From positions 2,461-66,460 of the forward strand of contig UQSG01000011.1 in the NCBI GenBank assembly GCA_900543695.1: DNA of 64,000 bases. Direction: 5' to 3'. Shown here piece after piece: positions 1 through 9,773 of the stretch. Each line of letters begins with the position of its first letter. Position 1 is the stretch's first letter. The notes under the pieces were generated by a model, which did no database searches, was not told the DNA's origin, and was given only the letters and a program-made list of their open reading frames with translations. A program made the position numbers and the translations under genes. Origin of the DNA: an uncultured Clostridium sp. GTDB lineage: Bacteria > Bacillota > Clostridia > UBA1212 > UBA1255.

Positions 1-2419
1 TTATCTCCAAAGAGGCACGCATGAAATCGTTCTTACTTTTACCCGTGAGGCCGGCGCTATCAGAAATATTCAGTTTATTGCGCCTGTAGTAAATCCTTCT
101 TATGAGGAGTATAAAGCGCAGAACGGCTTCTCGGAGGACGCTGTATATCAGGGCGACGCAATCAAAAAAGAACTCGAGGTGCCCGATTATGCGACGAGCC
201 TGAACATCCGCATGGAGTCCGACAACGATTACTATACCAGCTCGGAAACGAATATGGATCCTTTCCGCGTTACGCTGTTCAATGTATTTGGCGGAGAGCA
301 GTGGGGCTCCGGAGGAGATACCGTACAGTGGTCCTTTTATGTGGAAGAAAGCGGCTGGTACGAGCTTGGCTTCCGTTACCGCTCGCAGGCCACCTATGTT
401 TCCTCGTTTAAAGAAATCCGAATCGACGGCGCCGTTCCGTTTGCGGAAATGGAAGAATACTGTTTCCCGTATGCCGAGGGCTGGACGGCGTCTTCTCTGA
501 TCGATGAAAATCAGAACCCGTATTACTTCTATCTGGAGGGCGGTCAGACGCATACCATTACACTGATTAACAAGGTTGGCCCGCTGCGCCACTCGCTTCA
601 GAGAATCGAGGAATCGATGGATTCCATTTCAACCCTGGTGAATCAGATCGTAAAAATCACTGCTTCTGCGCGTACCTCCTCAGGCGGATATGTGGTTGAT
701 AAAAACCGGGACTATGATCTGCAGCTTTATATTCCTACGATCCAGGAAGATATCAAGATTTATGTAGATGTTTTCAGTCAATGCTATGACGATATCGTCA
801 CCATCAACGGGGGAAAGGTTACTTCGTATGCATCTGCCGTCAAGGTCGCGGAGGAATTATTCAGAGACTTTGACGAAAACCTGGAAGAGGTCGCAATTTC
901 CTTAAATGATATTACCAATGCGCAGACGGGACTCAGCAATACGATGGTATCTATCAAGCAGCAGCCGATTACCGTCGACTATATGATGCTTGCACCGAAC
1001 GGATACGATTATCCCAATGTGAGCAGTAATTTCTGGCAGAGCTTTTATGTAAGCGCAGTCCGGTTCTTTTCCTCTTTTGACAACAGCAAATATGAAAATG
1101 CCGGAGCCAGGGAAGGGCTTGATACGGATGGAATGCCGGAGATCGAAGTGTATGTTTCCCGAGGACGTGAGCATGTGGATATCATGCGCAATCTTGTCAG
1201 CGAGCAGTTTACGCCCGATTACGGTATTAAAGTCAATATCAACATGGTGGCCGGCTCCTCTGAGGGTCTGATCATGCCGCGCTACGTAGCCGGAACAGCG
1301 CCGGATCTTGCCATTTCCATTTCCCCAGGAAACGTTTTCGAGTTTGCGATCCGCGGCGCCCTTGTAAATCTGGATCAGTTTGAGAGCACGACGTATAATG
1401 GAACGGAAGTAAAAGGCTTTTATGAGCTTTGGGAAGAGTCGTACTACGATGCGGCATTCGTTCCTTATCTGTATAAAGGCAATTATTATGGCTTCCCCGA
1501 GACGCAGACGTGGAGCGCGCTGTTCTACAGAACCGATATTTTCGAGAATCTTGGTCTGGAACCTCCGGATACCTGGGAGGACGTTTACAATATTCTGCCT
1601 ACGCTTACGAACAACGGATATGATTTCTGTTATAACTACGCGGTTGGCGGATATACGCCGTTCCTTTATCAGTATGGCGGAGATTTTTATGACGCGAACG
1701 GAATGACCTCGGGCCTGAATACCGAGGCGGCTTATGAGGCGTTCATGGAATACGCAAATCTGTATCTGCAATATAATTTTGTCTATGCCGCCAACTTTTA
1801 TATGCGCTTTAAATCGGGTGAAATGCCGGTCGGCATAGCGGATCTGACGTTTTACCAGCAGCTGAATTATTCCGCTCCCGAGCTGAACGGCAAATGGGCG
1901 ATGCTGCCGGTGCCGGGACACAAGCGTGTAATCGATGGAGAAGAAGTCGTTGACAGATCCATGAGCGGTCTGGGAACGTGCTGTATTATTATTAATAAAG
2001 ATAATGTTGCGGAAGAAAACCGCCATTATGAAGAATCTTGGGCGTTTCTGCAGTGGTGGCTGTCCGACAGCGTACAGGCTGAATACGGCAGGGAGGTGGA
2101 GGCTACGTTCGGTGTCGCTTCCCGTTGGAATCCTGCCAACAAAAATGCCGCGCAGACGCTTCCTTATACGCAGGATGAGCTTGATGTTATCAATGCGCAG
2201 TGGGAATGGCTGAAGGAATCTCCCAATGCGATGGGCGGCTACTATACGTCCAGATATCTGCTGACTGCGCTGAACCAGACGGTGATTCAGGGACTCAGCG
2301 GAAGAATTGCGCTGGAGGACGCCGTGAAGGAGATCAATAAAGAAATGCGGCGTAAGCAAAGCGAGTTTGGAATCCCAGAGGATGGCTCCGTTCTTTACGC
2401 CGAGCGCATTGACGAATAA
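1..2419 (+). CDS. Extracellular solute-binding protein (ABC transporter family 1), unusually large, 5'-truncated by the window edge. The C-terminal ~450 aa is a family-1 SBP fold; the N-terminal ~300 aa is an extra beta-rich domain, possibly carbohydrate-binding.
   Basis: The ORF is open from base 2 in frame with the 179..2419 ORF, with no stop upstream in the window. The SBP-like region carries motifs such as GNYYGFPETQTWSALFYRTDIF and PDTWEDVYNILPT. It is followed directly by two MalF/MalG-type permease genes. Confidence 0.7.
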   Translation, partial: YLQRGTHEIVLTFTREAGAIRNIQFIAPVVNPSYEEYKAQNGFSEDAVYQGDAIKKELEVPDYATSLNIRMESDNDYYTSSETNMDPFRVTLFNVFGGEQWGSGGDTVQWSFYVEESGWYELGFRYRSQATYVSSFKEIRIDGAVPFAEMEEYCFPYAEGWTASSLIDENQNPYYFYLEGGQTHTITLINKVGPLRHSLQRIEESMDSISTLVNQIVKITASARTSSGGYVVDKNRDYDLQLYIPTIQEDIKIYVDVFSQCYDDIVTINGGKVTSYASAVKVAEELFRDFDENLEEVAISLNDITNAQTGLSNTMVSIKQQPITVDYMMLAPNGYDYPNVSSNFWQSFYVSAVRFFSSFDNSKYENAGAREGLDTDGMPEIEVYVSRGREHVDIMRNLVSEQFTPDYGIKVNINMVAGSSEGLIMPRYVAGTAPDLAISISPGNVFEFAIRGALVNLDQFESTTYNGTEVKGFYELWEESYYDAAFVPYLYKGNYYGFPETQTWSALFYRTDIFENLGLEPPDTWEDVYNILPTLTNNGYDFCYNYAVGGYTPFLYQYGGDFYDANGMTSGLNTEAAYEAFMEYANLYLQYNFVYAANFYMRFKSGEMPVGIADLTFYQQLNYSAPELNGKWAMLPVPGHKRVIDGEEVVDRSMSGLGTCCIIINKDNVAEENRHYEESWAFLQWWLSDSVQAEYGREVEATFGVASRWNPANKNAAQTLPYTQDELDVINAQWEWLKESPNAMGGYYTSRYLLTALNQTVIQGLSGRIALEDAVKEINKEMRRKQSEFGIPEDGSVLYAERIDE

Positions 2420-2436
2420 AGTGGGAGGGATGATTT

Positions 2437-3414
2437 GTGAGTAAGAAAGAAGAGAGAACAAAAAAAGAAACAAAAACAAATACGCCCGCCGTACCTAAGA
2501 AAAGATTTTTCAACGTTGAAAAAAGAGTTGGTTATACGCTTCACGAAATGTGGAAGCATAAGATGTCTTATGGTCTGATGGCTCCATTTTTCATCCTGTT
2601 TATAACCTTCTCTTTGATTCCGCTGCTGTGGTCGACCGGCCTGAGCTTTACATACTGGAATATTTTCGAGGATCCGCGCTGGACGGGGCTTGAAAACTAC
2701 GTGTACCTGTTTGTAGACGACTCGCTCTTCCTGAAAGCGTTTACAAATACGCTGACGTATGCGGTCATCGTTGGACCTGTTTCCTATCTGATGTCGTATT
2801 TCTTTGCCTGGTTTATCAATCAGGTGCCGGATAAGGTGCGCCCGCTGTATGTATTGGCTTTCTATGCGCCGGCGCTGACGAGCGGCGTTGCGATGTCGGT
2901 CGTATGGGCGGTTATGTTTTCCAACGACAGCACGGGATATCTGAACTCTGTGCTTTTGAATTTGGGACTGATTTATGGACCGATCCAATGGCTGCAGGAT
3001 GTCAATTATATTATGCCTGTTATTATCATCGTAGCGCTGTGGTCGAGCTTGAGCACACAGTTCCTTGCTTTTGTTGCGGGCTTCCGCGGCGTAGACAGAG
3101 AACTGTACGATGCCGCTGCCGTCGATGGCGTTACCTCAAGATTCCAGAAGCTGCTGTATGTCGACGTGCCGCAGACGATGCCGCAGCTGCTTTTCTCGGC
3201 GGTTATTACAATTACCAGTTCTTTTACTGTTGGACAGACGATCGTGGCCCATCCGAGCCCGGAAGACGCCGCTCTGACGATCATGCTGCATTTAAGTGAC
3301 TACTCCGGAACGCGGTTCGAGGTAGGCTATGCGTCCGCAATTGCGGTTGTGCTTTCCGTTATGATCCTTGGTATCGGACGCGTTGCGTTTAAGGTCTTAG
3401 GCGAGAAGGAGTGA
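2437..3414 (+). CDS. Carbohydrate ABC transporter permease (MalF/UgpA-like inner-membrane component)
   Basis: GTG start 7 nt after a GGGAGGGA RBS. Multi-TM protein with an EAA-loop region (LYDAAAVDGVTSRFQKLLYVDVPQTMPQL), typical of binding-protein-dependent permeases. Confidence 0.85.
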   Translation: MSKKEERTKKETKTNTPAVPKKRFFNVEKRVGYTLHEMWKHKMSYGLMAPFFILFITFSLIPLLWSTGLSFTYWNIFEDPRWTGLENYVYLFVDDSLFLKAFTNTLTYAVIVGPVSYLMSYFFAWFINQVPDKVRPLYVLAFYAPALTSGVAMSVVWAVMFSNDSTGYLNSVLLNLGLIYGPIQWLQDVNYIMPVIIIVALWSSLSTQFLAFVAGFRGVDRELYDAAAVDGVTSRFQKLLYVDVPQTMPQLLFSAVITITSSFTVGQTIVAHPSPEDAALTIMLHLSDYSGTRFEVGYASAIAVVLSVMILGIGRVAFKVLGEKE

Positions 3415-3418
3415 TGAT

Positions 3419-4288
3419 ATGTTTCAGGTAGACGTTGATTATTTAAAAAGAGCTAAAAAACGGAAGGATCACGGCAGAGTGGTCATCCTGGTATTTCTGA
3501 CGCTTGCGGGACTTGTTTCGCTGCTGCCCCTGGTTTATCTTGTATGTACTGCATTCAAGCCGGCGGAGGAGCTCTTCCTGTATCCTCCTACGTTTTTTGT
3601 AAAAAATCCTACGCTTCAGAACTTCAAAGATTTAACGGCGATTACTGCCAACAGCGCCGTACCGTTTTCCAGATATTTATTTAATACGGTCTTAATCACG
3701 GTAGCGTATATATTCTGCCTGGTATTTATCCTTACGATGGCGTGCTATCCGCTTTCCAAGCATAAATTCCCCGGCAGAAACGGTCTGATGACGCTCGTTA
3801 CGACATCGCTGATGTTTGTTGCGGCAGCGGCGGCCATTCCTTCTTATTTGATTATTACTTCGCTGGGAATCGACAACACTTATCTTGTGTACATTATTCC
3901 GGGGCTTGCGAATACGACATGTCTTTTCCTGATGAAGCAATTTCTGGATACGGTTCCCGATGATATTTTTGAAGCGGGAAAAATTGACGGGGCCTCTGAG
4001 TGGCAGCTTTACACAAAAATTGCAATTCCGCTTTTGAGAAATGCGCAGGCAACCGTTATTATTCTGACGTTTGGCGGCATCTGGGCCGACACGGCCACGT
4101 CCACCACCTATATTTATAAAGAACAGCTGAGAACGCTCGGCTTCTTTATGAATACGATTGGCGGCGGTATTGCACGTACGGGTGCGAGCGCCGCATCAGG
4201 TTTGATAATGACTTTACCGAGCATCATCATTTTCATAATACAGCAGAGCCGTGTTATGGATACGATGGCGCACTCCGGAATCAAATAA
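3419..4288 (+). CDS. Carbohydrate ABC transporter permease (MalG/UgpE-like)
   Basis: ATG after an AAGGA RBS, 4 nt after the upstream stop. EAA motif region (FEAGKIDGASEWQLYTKIAIPLLRNA); six predicted TM segments. Confidence 0.85.
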   Translation: MFQVDVDYLKRAKKRKDHGRVVILVFLTLAGLVSLLPLVYLVCTAFKPAEELFLYPPTFFVKNPTLQNFKDLTAITANSAVPFSRYLFNTVLITVAYIFCLVFILTMACYPLSKHKFPGRNGLMTLVTTSLMFVAAAAAIPSYLIITSLGIDNTYLVYIIPGLANTTCLFLMKQFLDTVPDDIFEAGKIDGASEWQLYTKIAIPLLRNAQATVIILTFGGIWADTATSTTYIYKEQLRTLGFFMNTIGGGIARTGASAASGLIMTLPSIIIFIIQQSRVMDTMAHSGIK

Positions 4289-4303
4289 GGGGGTAGAGGG
4301 CAT

Positions 4304-6397
4304 ATGAGACACAAAAAATTTATCAGTCTTCTTCTGCTGTTTGCTCTGGTTTTTTCCATCGGGATCCCGGTTTCCGCGCGGACGCCATACGCGAACTATT
4401 ATATTCAGGAAAATGAAAGAACGGCGATGCCGATTCCCGCGGCTTATGAAACGAGCACAGTTATCGATTTCCTGTCTACGGAGACGGGAAAGCTGAATAA
4501 TCCGGAGGATATGTTCATTGACGACGACGGCAAGATTTATGTGGCCGATACCGGCAACAACAGGATTGTCGTATATGACAGTGATTATTCGTTTCTTTTT
4601 GAAATCAGCAGCGATGGAACGTATGAAGAGGGAGATCTTTCCGCTCTGAAGGAGCCGAAGGGCGTTTACGTAGATCCGGACGATGGAGCGATCCTTGTTG
4701 CAGACTCCGGAAATGCCAGAATCGTTGAATTTACAAAATACGGAAATCTTCGTTATTCCTATCCGACGCCGCAAAGCGAAATTCTTTCCCAGGATTTTTC
4801 CTATCAGCCTTTGAAGGTTACAAAGGACGCAAGAGGTTTCATGTATGTGGCGAATAACGGAGACTTCAACGGAATTATGCAGATGAATTCGAACGGAGAA
4901 TTTGTCAGCTATTACGGAACCAATAGAGTAAATCTTTCCTTTTGGGACTCGATTGCAAAGCTGCTGTGGAGCCGCGAGGACCGGCTTGGTACGGTTGTTA
5001 CGCTTCCGTATACCTTCACAAATATTTATTGCAGCGACGATGGGTATATGTATGCAACGACGACAACGGAGACGCCGCCCCAGGTTCGTAAAATTAATAT
5101 CGGCGGATCCGATATTTTATACGGTGCTTACGATTTCCGTGATAACAGTATTATGTCCTATTCCTCGTACAATCAGGTATTCTGCGATGTAACGGTCGAC
5201 CGCTACAACAATATGCTGATTGTTGACAGAATGTATGGAAGAATTTATGAATACGACGAAAGGGGAAACAACCTGTTTGCGTTTGGCACGAGAGGAAACG
5301 GCTACGGACAGCTCTCCTATCCGGTCAGCATTGAGACGGACCACAGAGGCAGGGTATACGTCCTAAACAAAACGACGGGCAATATCACCGTATACACTCC
5401 GACCGAATTTGCCGATCTTGTCCACGAAGCAAATCTGCTTTACAGTCAGGGCAAATACGAAGAGTCTAAGGTGATCTGGGAGCAGGTCATCGAAAAAAGC
5501 AATTATTATACGCTTGCCCTTGTTAATATCGGAAATATTCTGATGCGTGAGGAGGAAAACGACGCCGCCATCGAATATTTTTACGAGGCCGAGAATGCGC
5601 TGTATGCCTCACAGGCGTACGAAGAAATCCGGGCTGATTTTCTCCGCGAGCATTTTTCGACAATTGTTATCGTAGTCGTTGTGCTTTTAATTGCGTGGGT
5701 TATTTGGGTTTCCGTTAAAAGAGCCAGACGGAGAAAATATGGACCGCCGAAGGAGCGCCATAATGTATTTACGGTAATCAGAAACTTCTTCAGGCGTATT
5801 ACGGGGATTATGCGCCATCCGATCGATGGCTTTGAGGGAATCCGCTATGAGAACCAGGGCTCTTATGCAGACATGGCTATCATTATGATTTTGTACGCTC
5901 TGATTTCCGTCGTATCGCAGTATGCAGTCAGCTTTATATACCGCGATGGTACGCCCTTGGACGTGATCGAGCCGGTGAGCACCTTCTTCTTAGCCTTCCT
6001 GCCATGGATTGTGGTTTGCGTTGTGAATTACGGTGTTACGACAATTATGTATGGCGAGGGCAGATTCCGCGACGTGATCATAGGAGGCGCCTACTGTCAT
6101 GGACCGCTCCTTCTTTTGATGCTGCCGATCAACCTGCTGACGCATATTCTTACGCAGAACGAAGCGGGAATTTTTAGGATTGTAAATATATTGCTTTATT
6201 TCTGGACCGTGCTGCTTGTCTACTTCTGTATTAAAGGCGTCCACGGCTTCCATCCGGTTAAGGCGTTTGTCGTATCCATTCTGACGGTGCTGGGCGTTGC
6301 CGCAGTGGCGATCCTCTTCTTCATTGTCTATGGCTTGGCTGCGCAGATGTTTGATTTCATTATACAATTTGGTAAGGAGTTGAGTTATCTTGTTTAA
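4304..6397 (+). CDS. Exported NHL-repeat (beta-propeller) and TPR-like protein fused to a C-terminal Yip1-type multi-pass membrane domain
   Basis: Signal peptide MRHKKFISLLLLFALVFSIGIPVSA. NHL-like repeats (YVADTGNNRIVVYD, VADSGNARIVEF, YVANNGDF, IVDRMYGRIYEYD). A TPR-like stretch (ANLLYSQGKYEESKVIWEQVIEK). A TM helix, then a ~200 aa domain with 5 TM segments resembling Yip1. Confidence 0.55.
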   Translation: MRHKKFISLLLLFALVFSIGIPVSARTPYANYYIQENERTAMPIPAAYETSTVIDFLSTETGKLNNPEDMFIDDDGKIYVADTGNNRIVVYDSDYSFLFEISSDGTYEEGDLSALKEPKGVYVDPDDGAILVADSGNARIVEFTKYGNLRYSYPTPQSEILSQDFSYQPLKVTKDARGFMYVANNGDFNGIMQMNSNGEFVSYYGTNRVNLSFWDSIAKLLWSREDRLGTVVTLPYTFTNIYCSDDGYMYATTTTETPPQVRKINIGGSDILYGAYDFRDNSIMSYSSYNQVFCDVTVDRYNNMLIVDRMYGRIYEYDERGNNLFAFGTRGNGYGQLSYPVSIETDHRGRVYVLNKTTGNITVYTPTEFADLVHEANLLYSQGKYEESKVIWEQVIEKSNYYTLALVNIGNILMREEENDAAIEYFYEAENALYASQAYEEIRADFLREHFSTIVIVVVVLLIAWVIWVSVKRARRRKYGPPKERHNVFTVIRNFFRRITGIMRHPIDGFEGIRYENQGSYADMAIIMILYALISVVSQYAVSFIYRDGTPLDVIEPVSTFFLAFLPWIVVCVVNYGVTTIMYGEGRFRDVIIGGAYCHGPLLLLMLPINLLTHILTQNEAGIFRIVNILLYFWTVLLVYFCIKGVHGFHPVKAFVVSILTVLGVAAVAILFFIVYGLAAQMFDFIIQFGKELSYLV

Positions 6398-8888
6398 GAA
6401 AAAGAAAAAAAACCTGGAACAAAACAATGAGACGCCTGTGAATGAATCAGCATCGCGTGAAAAAATAAAAAAGGTACTGAAAATCGTTATTCCGCTTGTA
6501 TTGGTCTTGCTGCTTATTTTTATTGTGCTGAAAGTCGCTTTTGGGGACGACCACAATATTATTTTCGGGAAGGACGGAATTGAGAGCAGCAGACAGGTTT
6601 CGGCTACCGACACATCGAAGGGAGTCAACGGCCTGATGCTTACCGATCAGGGAATGACGGTAGTAGCTGAGAACGATAATCTGATACTCAGCTTTTCCAA
6701 CAGAGAAAATTTGTTTTTGATCCAGGATAAGGCAACGGGCGAAACCTTCCGTTCCTATCCGGAGCCGATTTATGAGACGACGCTTGCAGAGGGCGAAACC
6801 TCTGATCTCGCAGCTTACGATCTTTCCACGGAGACGGGCCAATTTATTACGTCGCCGGTGTTTGTCGGCTATACAAAGTCCGGTATGGACGGCGGCTTCG
6901 TATTGGGCGTAAACCAGATGCCACATGTGAAAACCGTTTATTTCATTGAGAACGGCGTCCGGCTGCGCTATGAGATGACAGAGCTGGAGCTGGAATTTTC
7001 CGTTGAAATTACGATCGAGGGCAACGAGCTTGTATACCGTATTCCGGTCAATGGAATCATTGAGCGGGAGGGCCTGGAAAACGAGGAGCAGGACAGAAGA
7101 CCGCTGCTTACGTCGCTGAGCGTCCTGCCGTATCTCGGAGCGCATCGCACCGGTCAGGAGGGCTATTTTGTAGCGCCTGACGGAACAGGAGCGCTGACGC
7201 GCTTTGATGTCGCCAGAATCACAAACTATAATGAATATTCCAAGAAAGTATACGGTCCGGATCTGACCTTTGACGCGACCGACTCGCCGGATTACAATAA
7301 TTTGCTTTTGAGTATCGGCGCTTACGGTATCGTGGAAAACAGAACTGAGGATGGAACAGAAAATATTAATCAGCTTGCAAATTCCATGATGACTTCTTTC
7401 ATTAAGGAAGGAGATTCGAATGCGGAGCTGAAGATTTCAAATCCCGGCATCAGGAGCCTGCCTTTTTATGCGATCTATTTTCAGTATAATTACCGGAATT
7501 TTTACAAGCTTCAGATTTCGAACTCCGGTACGCAGTACGATATGGTCGTAAAAGACATGCAGCTGGGAGATGTCGAACAGAGAATTACGATCGATCTTTC
7601 GGAAGACGATGAGTATTCCTATGTAGACGTTGCTGCCAGGGTTCGGGAAAAGCTTTTGGCACAATGGAACGAGCGCTATGGCATTGAGCTTTCCATGGGT
7701 TCGGCTGAAGATGCGCCAGTGCTTAACCTGAAAATGTTTATGGGAGCCAAAAATGTAACAGGCGGCGTTTTGAATCAGGTTAAAGTAATGACGGATTTTG
7801 AGGACGTACAGAACATTTATAATGATCTTAGTGAAAGCGGCGCTTCTGACCTGCGTCTTTCTCTGCTTGGCTGGCAGAGGGGCGGTTATTATTGGAACTG
7901 TACCTCGAAGCTGAAGCCCGACGGTGCGTACGGCGGTGCGGGCGGCCTTCAGGATTTGACGAAATGGGCAAAGGACAAAAACATTACGCTTGTTTTGGAT
8001 AATAACCTTCTGATTCTCTACGGAAGCCCGTCTAACGGCGCGACGTTCCGGAATGCCGTCGTAAAGGAAGCCAACACGTTTTATCTGAATTATTTGCTGA
8101 GCACGACGTCCGGCGTATACAATTATGCTGATTTTTATGTTCTCAGTCCGGAATATTTCGACCGCGAAATTCTGAATGATGTGATTGAACGCCTGAAGGA
8201 CTACGGCGCGGCAAATGTAGACCTCCAGCAGCTGGGAGATATGCTTTATTCTGATTACAACGAGAATAATCCCTTATACCGCGTGCAGGCCATCAGCAGA
8301 TATGTAAAATGGCTTCAGCAGTACGGGGCGAATTTTGAGGATGTCGCGGTTTACAGCGGGAATTCCTATGCAATTCCTTACGTCAATACCATTGTCGATA
8401 TCCCTGTAGAAAAATCTTCGCATATTGTTCTGGATGAGGAAATCCCATTCCTTCAGATCGTATATCACGGGCTTGTAAATTATTATTCCGCACCCGTAAA
8501 CAATCAGGACGACGAAACCTATTTTATGCTCAGATCGATTGAATACGGCGCGCTGATGTCTTATGAGCTTACGCAGGAAAAAACAAGCGAGCTTCGTTAT
8601 ACGTATTACGATGCCCTTTACCGTTCTGAGTATTCAAATCTGAAAAATGAGATCGTAGAGCGCTACAACAGCATCGCCGAAGCCGTGAAGCCTTTCATCG
8701 GCCTTGAAATCACGGATCATTACAGAGTGAATCCGGACTACGAAATTTTCTGTACGCAATATTCCGACGGTACCAGGGTATATGTTTGCTACGAAACCGA
8801 GAGCGTTACCGTCGAGGACGCTGCGTCCGGTCAGACGCTGTCCTTTGAAGGAAGAAGTTATCAAATATTGGAGAAGGGAGGGGAGTAA
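6390..8888 (+). CDS. Large membrane-anchored extracellular protein of unknown function (DUF5696-like; possibly a glycoside-hydrolase-like TIM-barrel domain)
   Basis: TTG start with an AAGGAG RBS. N-terminal TM anchor (VIPLVLVLLLIFIVL) followed by ~780 extracellular residues. No canonical catalytic motif recognised. Stretches such as LSLLGWQRGGYYWN and ITLVLDNNLL look glycosidase-like. Co-operonic with ABC sugar permeases. Confidence 0.45.
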   Translation: MFKKKKKNLEQNNETPVNESASREKIKKVLKIVIPLVLVLLLIFIVLKVAFGDDHNIIFGKDGIESSRQVSATDTSKGVNGLMLTDQGMTVVAENDNLILSFSNRENLFLIQDKATGETFRSYPEPIYETTLAEGETSDLAAYDLSTETGQFITSPVFVGYTKSGMDGGFVLGVNQMPHVKTVYFIENGVRLRYEMTELELEFSVEITIEGNELVYRIPVNGIIEREGLENEEQDRRPLLTSLSVLPYLGAHRTGQEGYFVAPDGTGALTRFDVARITNYNEYSKKVYGPDLTFDATDSPDYNNLLLSIGAYGIVENRTEDGTENINQLANSMMTSFIKEGDSNAELKISNPGIRSLPFYAIYFQYNYRNFYKLQISNSGTQYDMVVKDMQLGDVEQRITIDLSEDDEYSYVDVAARVREKLLAQWNERYGIELSMGSAEDAPVLNLKMFMGAKNVTGGVLNQVKVMTDFEDVQNIYNDLSESGASDLRLSLLGWQRGGYYWNCTSKLKPDGAYGGAGGLQDLTKWAKDKNITLVLDNNLLILYGSPSNGATFRNAVVKEANTFYLNYLLSTTSGVYNYADFYVLSPEYFDREILNDVIERLKDYGAANVDLQQLGDMLYSDYNENNPLYRVQAISRYVKWLQQYGANFEDVAVYSGNSYAIPYVNTIVDIPVEKSSHIVLDEEIPFLQIVYHGLVNYYSAPVNNQDDETYFMLRSIEYGALMSYELTQEKTSELRYTYYDALYRSEYSNLKNEIVERYNSIAEAVKPFIGLEITDHYRVNPDYEIFCTQYSDGTRVYVCYETESVTVEDAASGQTLSFEGRSYQILEKGGE

Positions 8889-8891
8889 TAC

Positions 8892-9773
8892 ATGGCTAAG
8901 AAACCAGTCAAAGTAAAAAAGCAGCTGGCGCACAAAAGAACGTTAGGCAGTGTTATTTCCTTTGAAAGGCGAAGAACGCTGGAGGGCTGGTGCTTTTCCG
9001 CCCCGTGGCTGATTGGCTTCCTCATTTTTACGCTGGTTCCGCTTATCCTGTCTGTCAGAATCAGTTTTTACATTACGCAGCTGACGGACCTTTACGGGTT
9101 TGAGGGACAGAGCAAATGGGTAGGCTTTGAAAACTACATGGATATTATCCAGGATCCGAGCGTGGGAGAAGCAATGGTAAATTCTTTCCTGAACGCATTG
9201 TGGCAGGTACCGATTATCGTGTTCTTCGCATTATTCGTGGCCGTGCTTCTGAAGCAGAAATTTCCTGGAAGAGTGTACTTCAGGGTCATCTTTTTCATCC
9301 CGGTGATTCTGGCTGGCGTTATCATGAGCTATCTGTTCAATGACGGCGTCGGCAGCATCAGCGTATTCGGTTCCATTGTCGGTTCTGCTTCCGGGGGCTT
9401 CTTCGGAACGCTGACACAATATATAGGAAATATCATGTGGAGCAGCAGTGTGGAAATTCTGATTTTCCTGGCGGCGCTGCAGAGTGTTCCCGATATCCTT
9501 TACGAGGTTGTTGAAATCGACGGAGCAACGGCATGGGAATCCTTCTGGCATGTTACGCTCCCGTATATTTCGCCGTTTGTCATTTTGAATTGCGTCTACG
9601 CCCTGGTCGACTCTTTTGTCAAGTATGACAACCCGATTATGAGCATGATGCAGTCCATGACGGAAACAGGTACGAAATACGGAATGGCGTCGGCGCTCAG
9701 CTGGATGTATATGCTGATTACTTTGGTCACGATTCTTATCTTCATTCTGCTTACGAGGAGGTGGCTCAGATGA
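8892..9773 (+). CDS. Carbohydrate ABC transporter permease (MalF-like)
   Basis: ATG after an AAGGGAGGGG RBS. EAA region VEIDGATAWESFWHVTLPYISPF; multi-TM. Confidence 0.85.
   Translation: MAKKPVKVKKQLAHKRTLGSVISFERRRTLEGWCFSAPWLIGFLIFTLVPLILSVRISFYITQLTDLYGFEGQSKWVGFENYMDIIQDPSVGEAMVNSFLNALWQVPIIVFFALFVAVLLKQKFPGRVYFRVIFFIPVILAGVIMSYLFNDGVGSISVFGSIVGSASGGFFGTLTQYIGNIMWSSSVEILIFLAALQSVPDILYEVVEIDGATAWESFWHVTLPYISPFVILNCVYALVDSFVKYDNPIMSMMQSMTETGTKYGMASALSWMYMLITLVTILIFILLTRRWLR

Noticed and set aside
902-2479. Long antisense ORFs (e.g. 902..2479 -, 23066..24271 -, 29734..30747 -, 54700..55758 -, 58098..59003 -) overlapping well-supported genes
   Set aside because: They lie entirely inside strongly supported protein-coding genes on the opposite strand. 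They lack RBS/start context, and their translations are low-complexity, Arg/Pro-rich sequences typical of GC-rich shadow frames.
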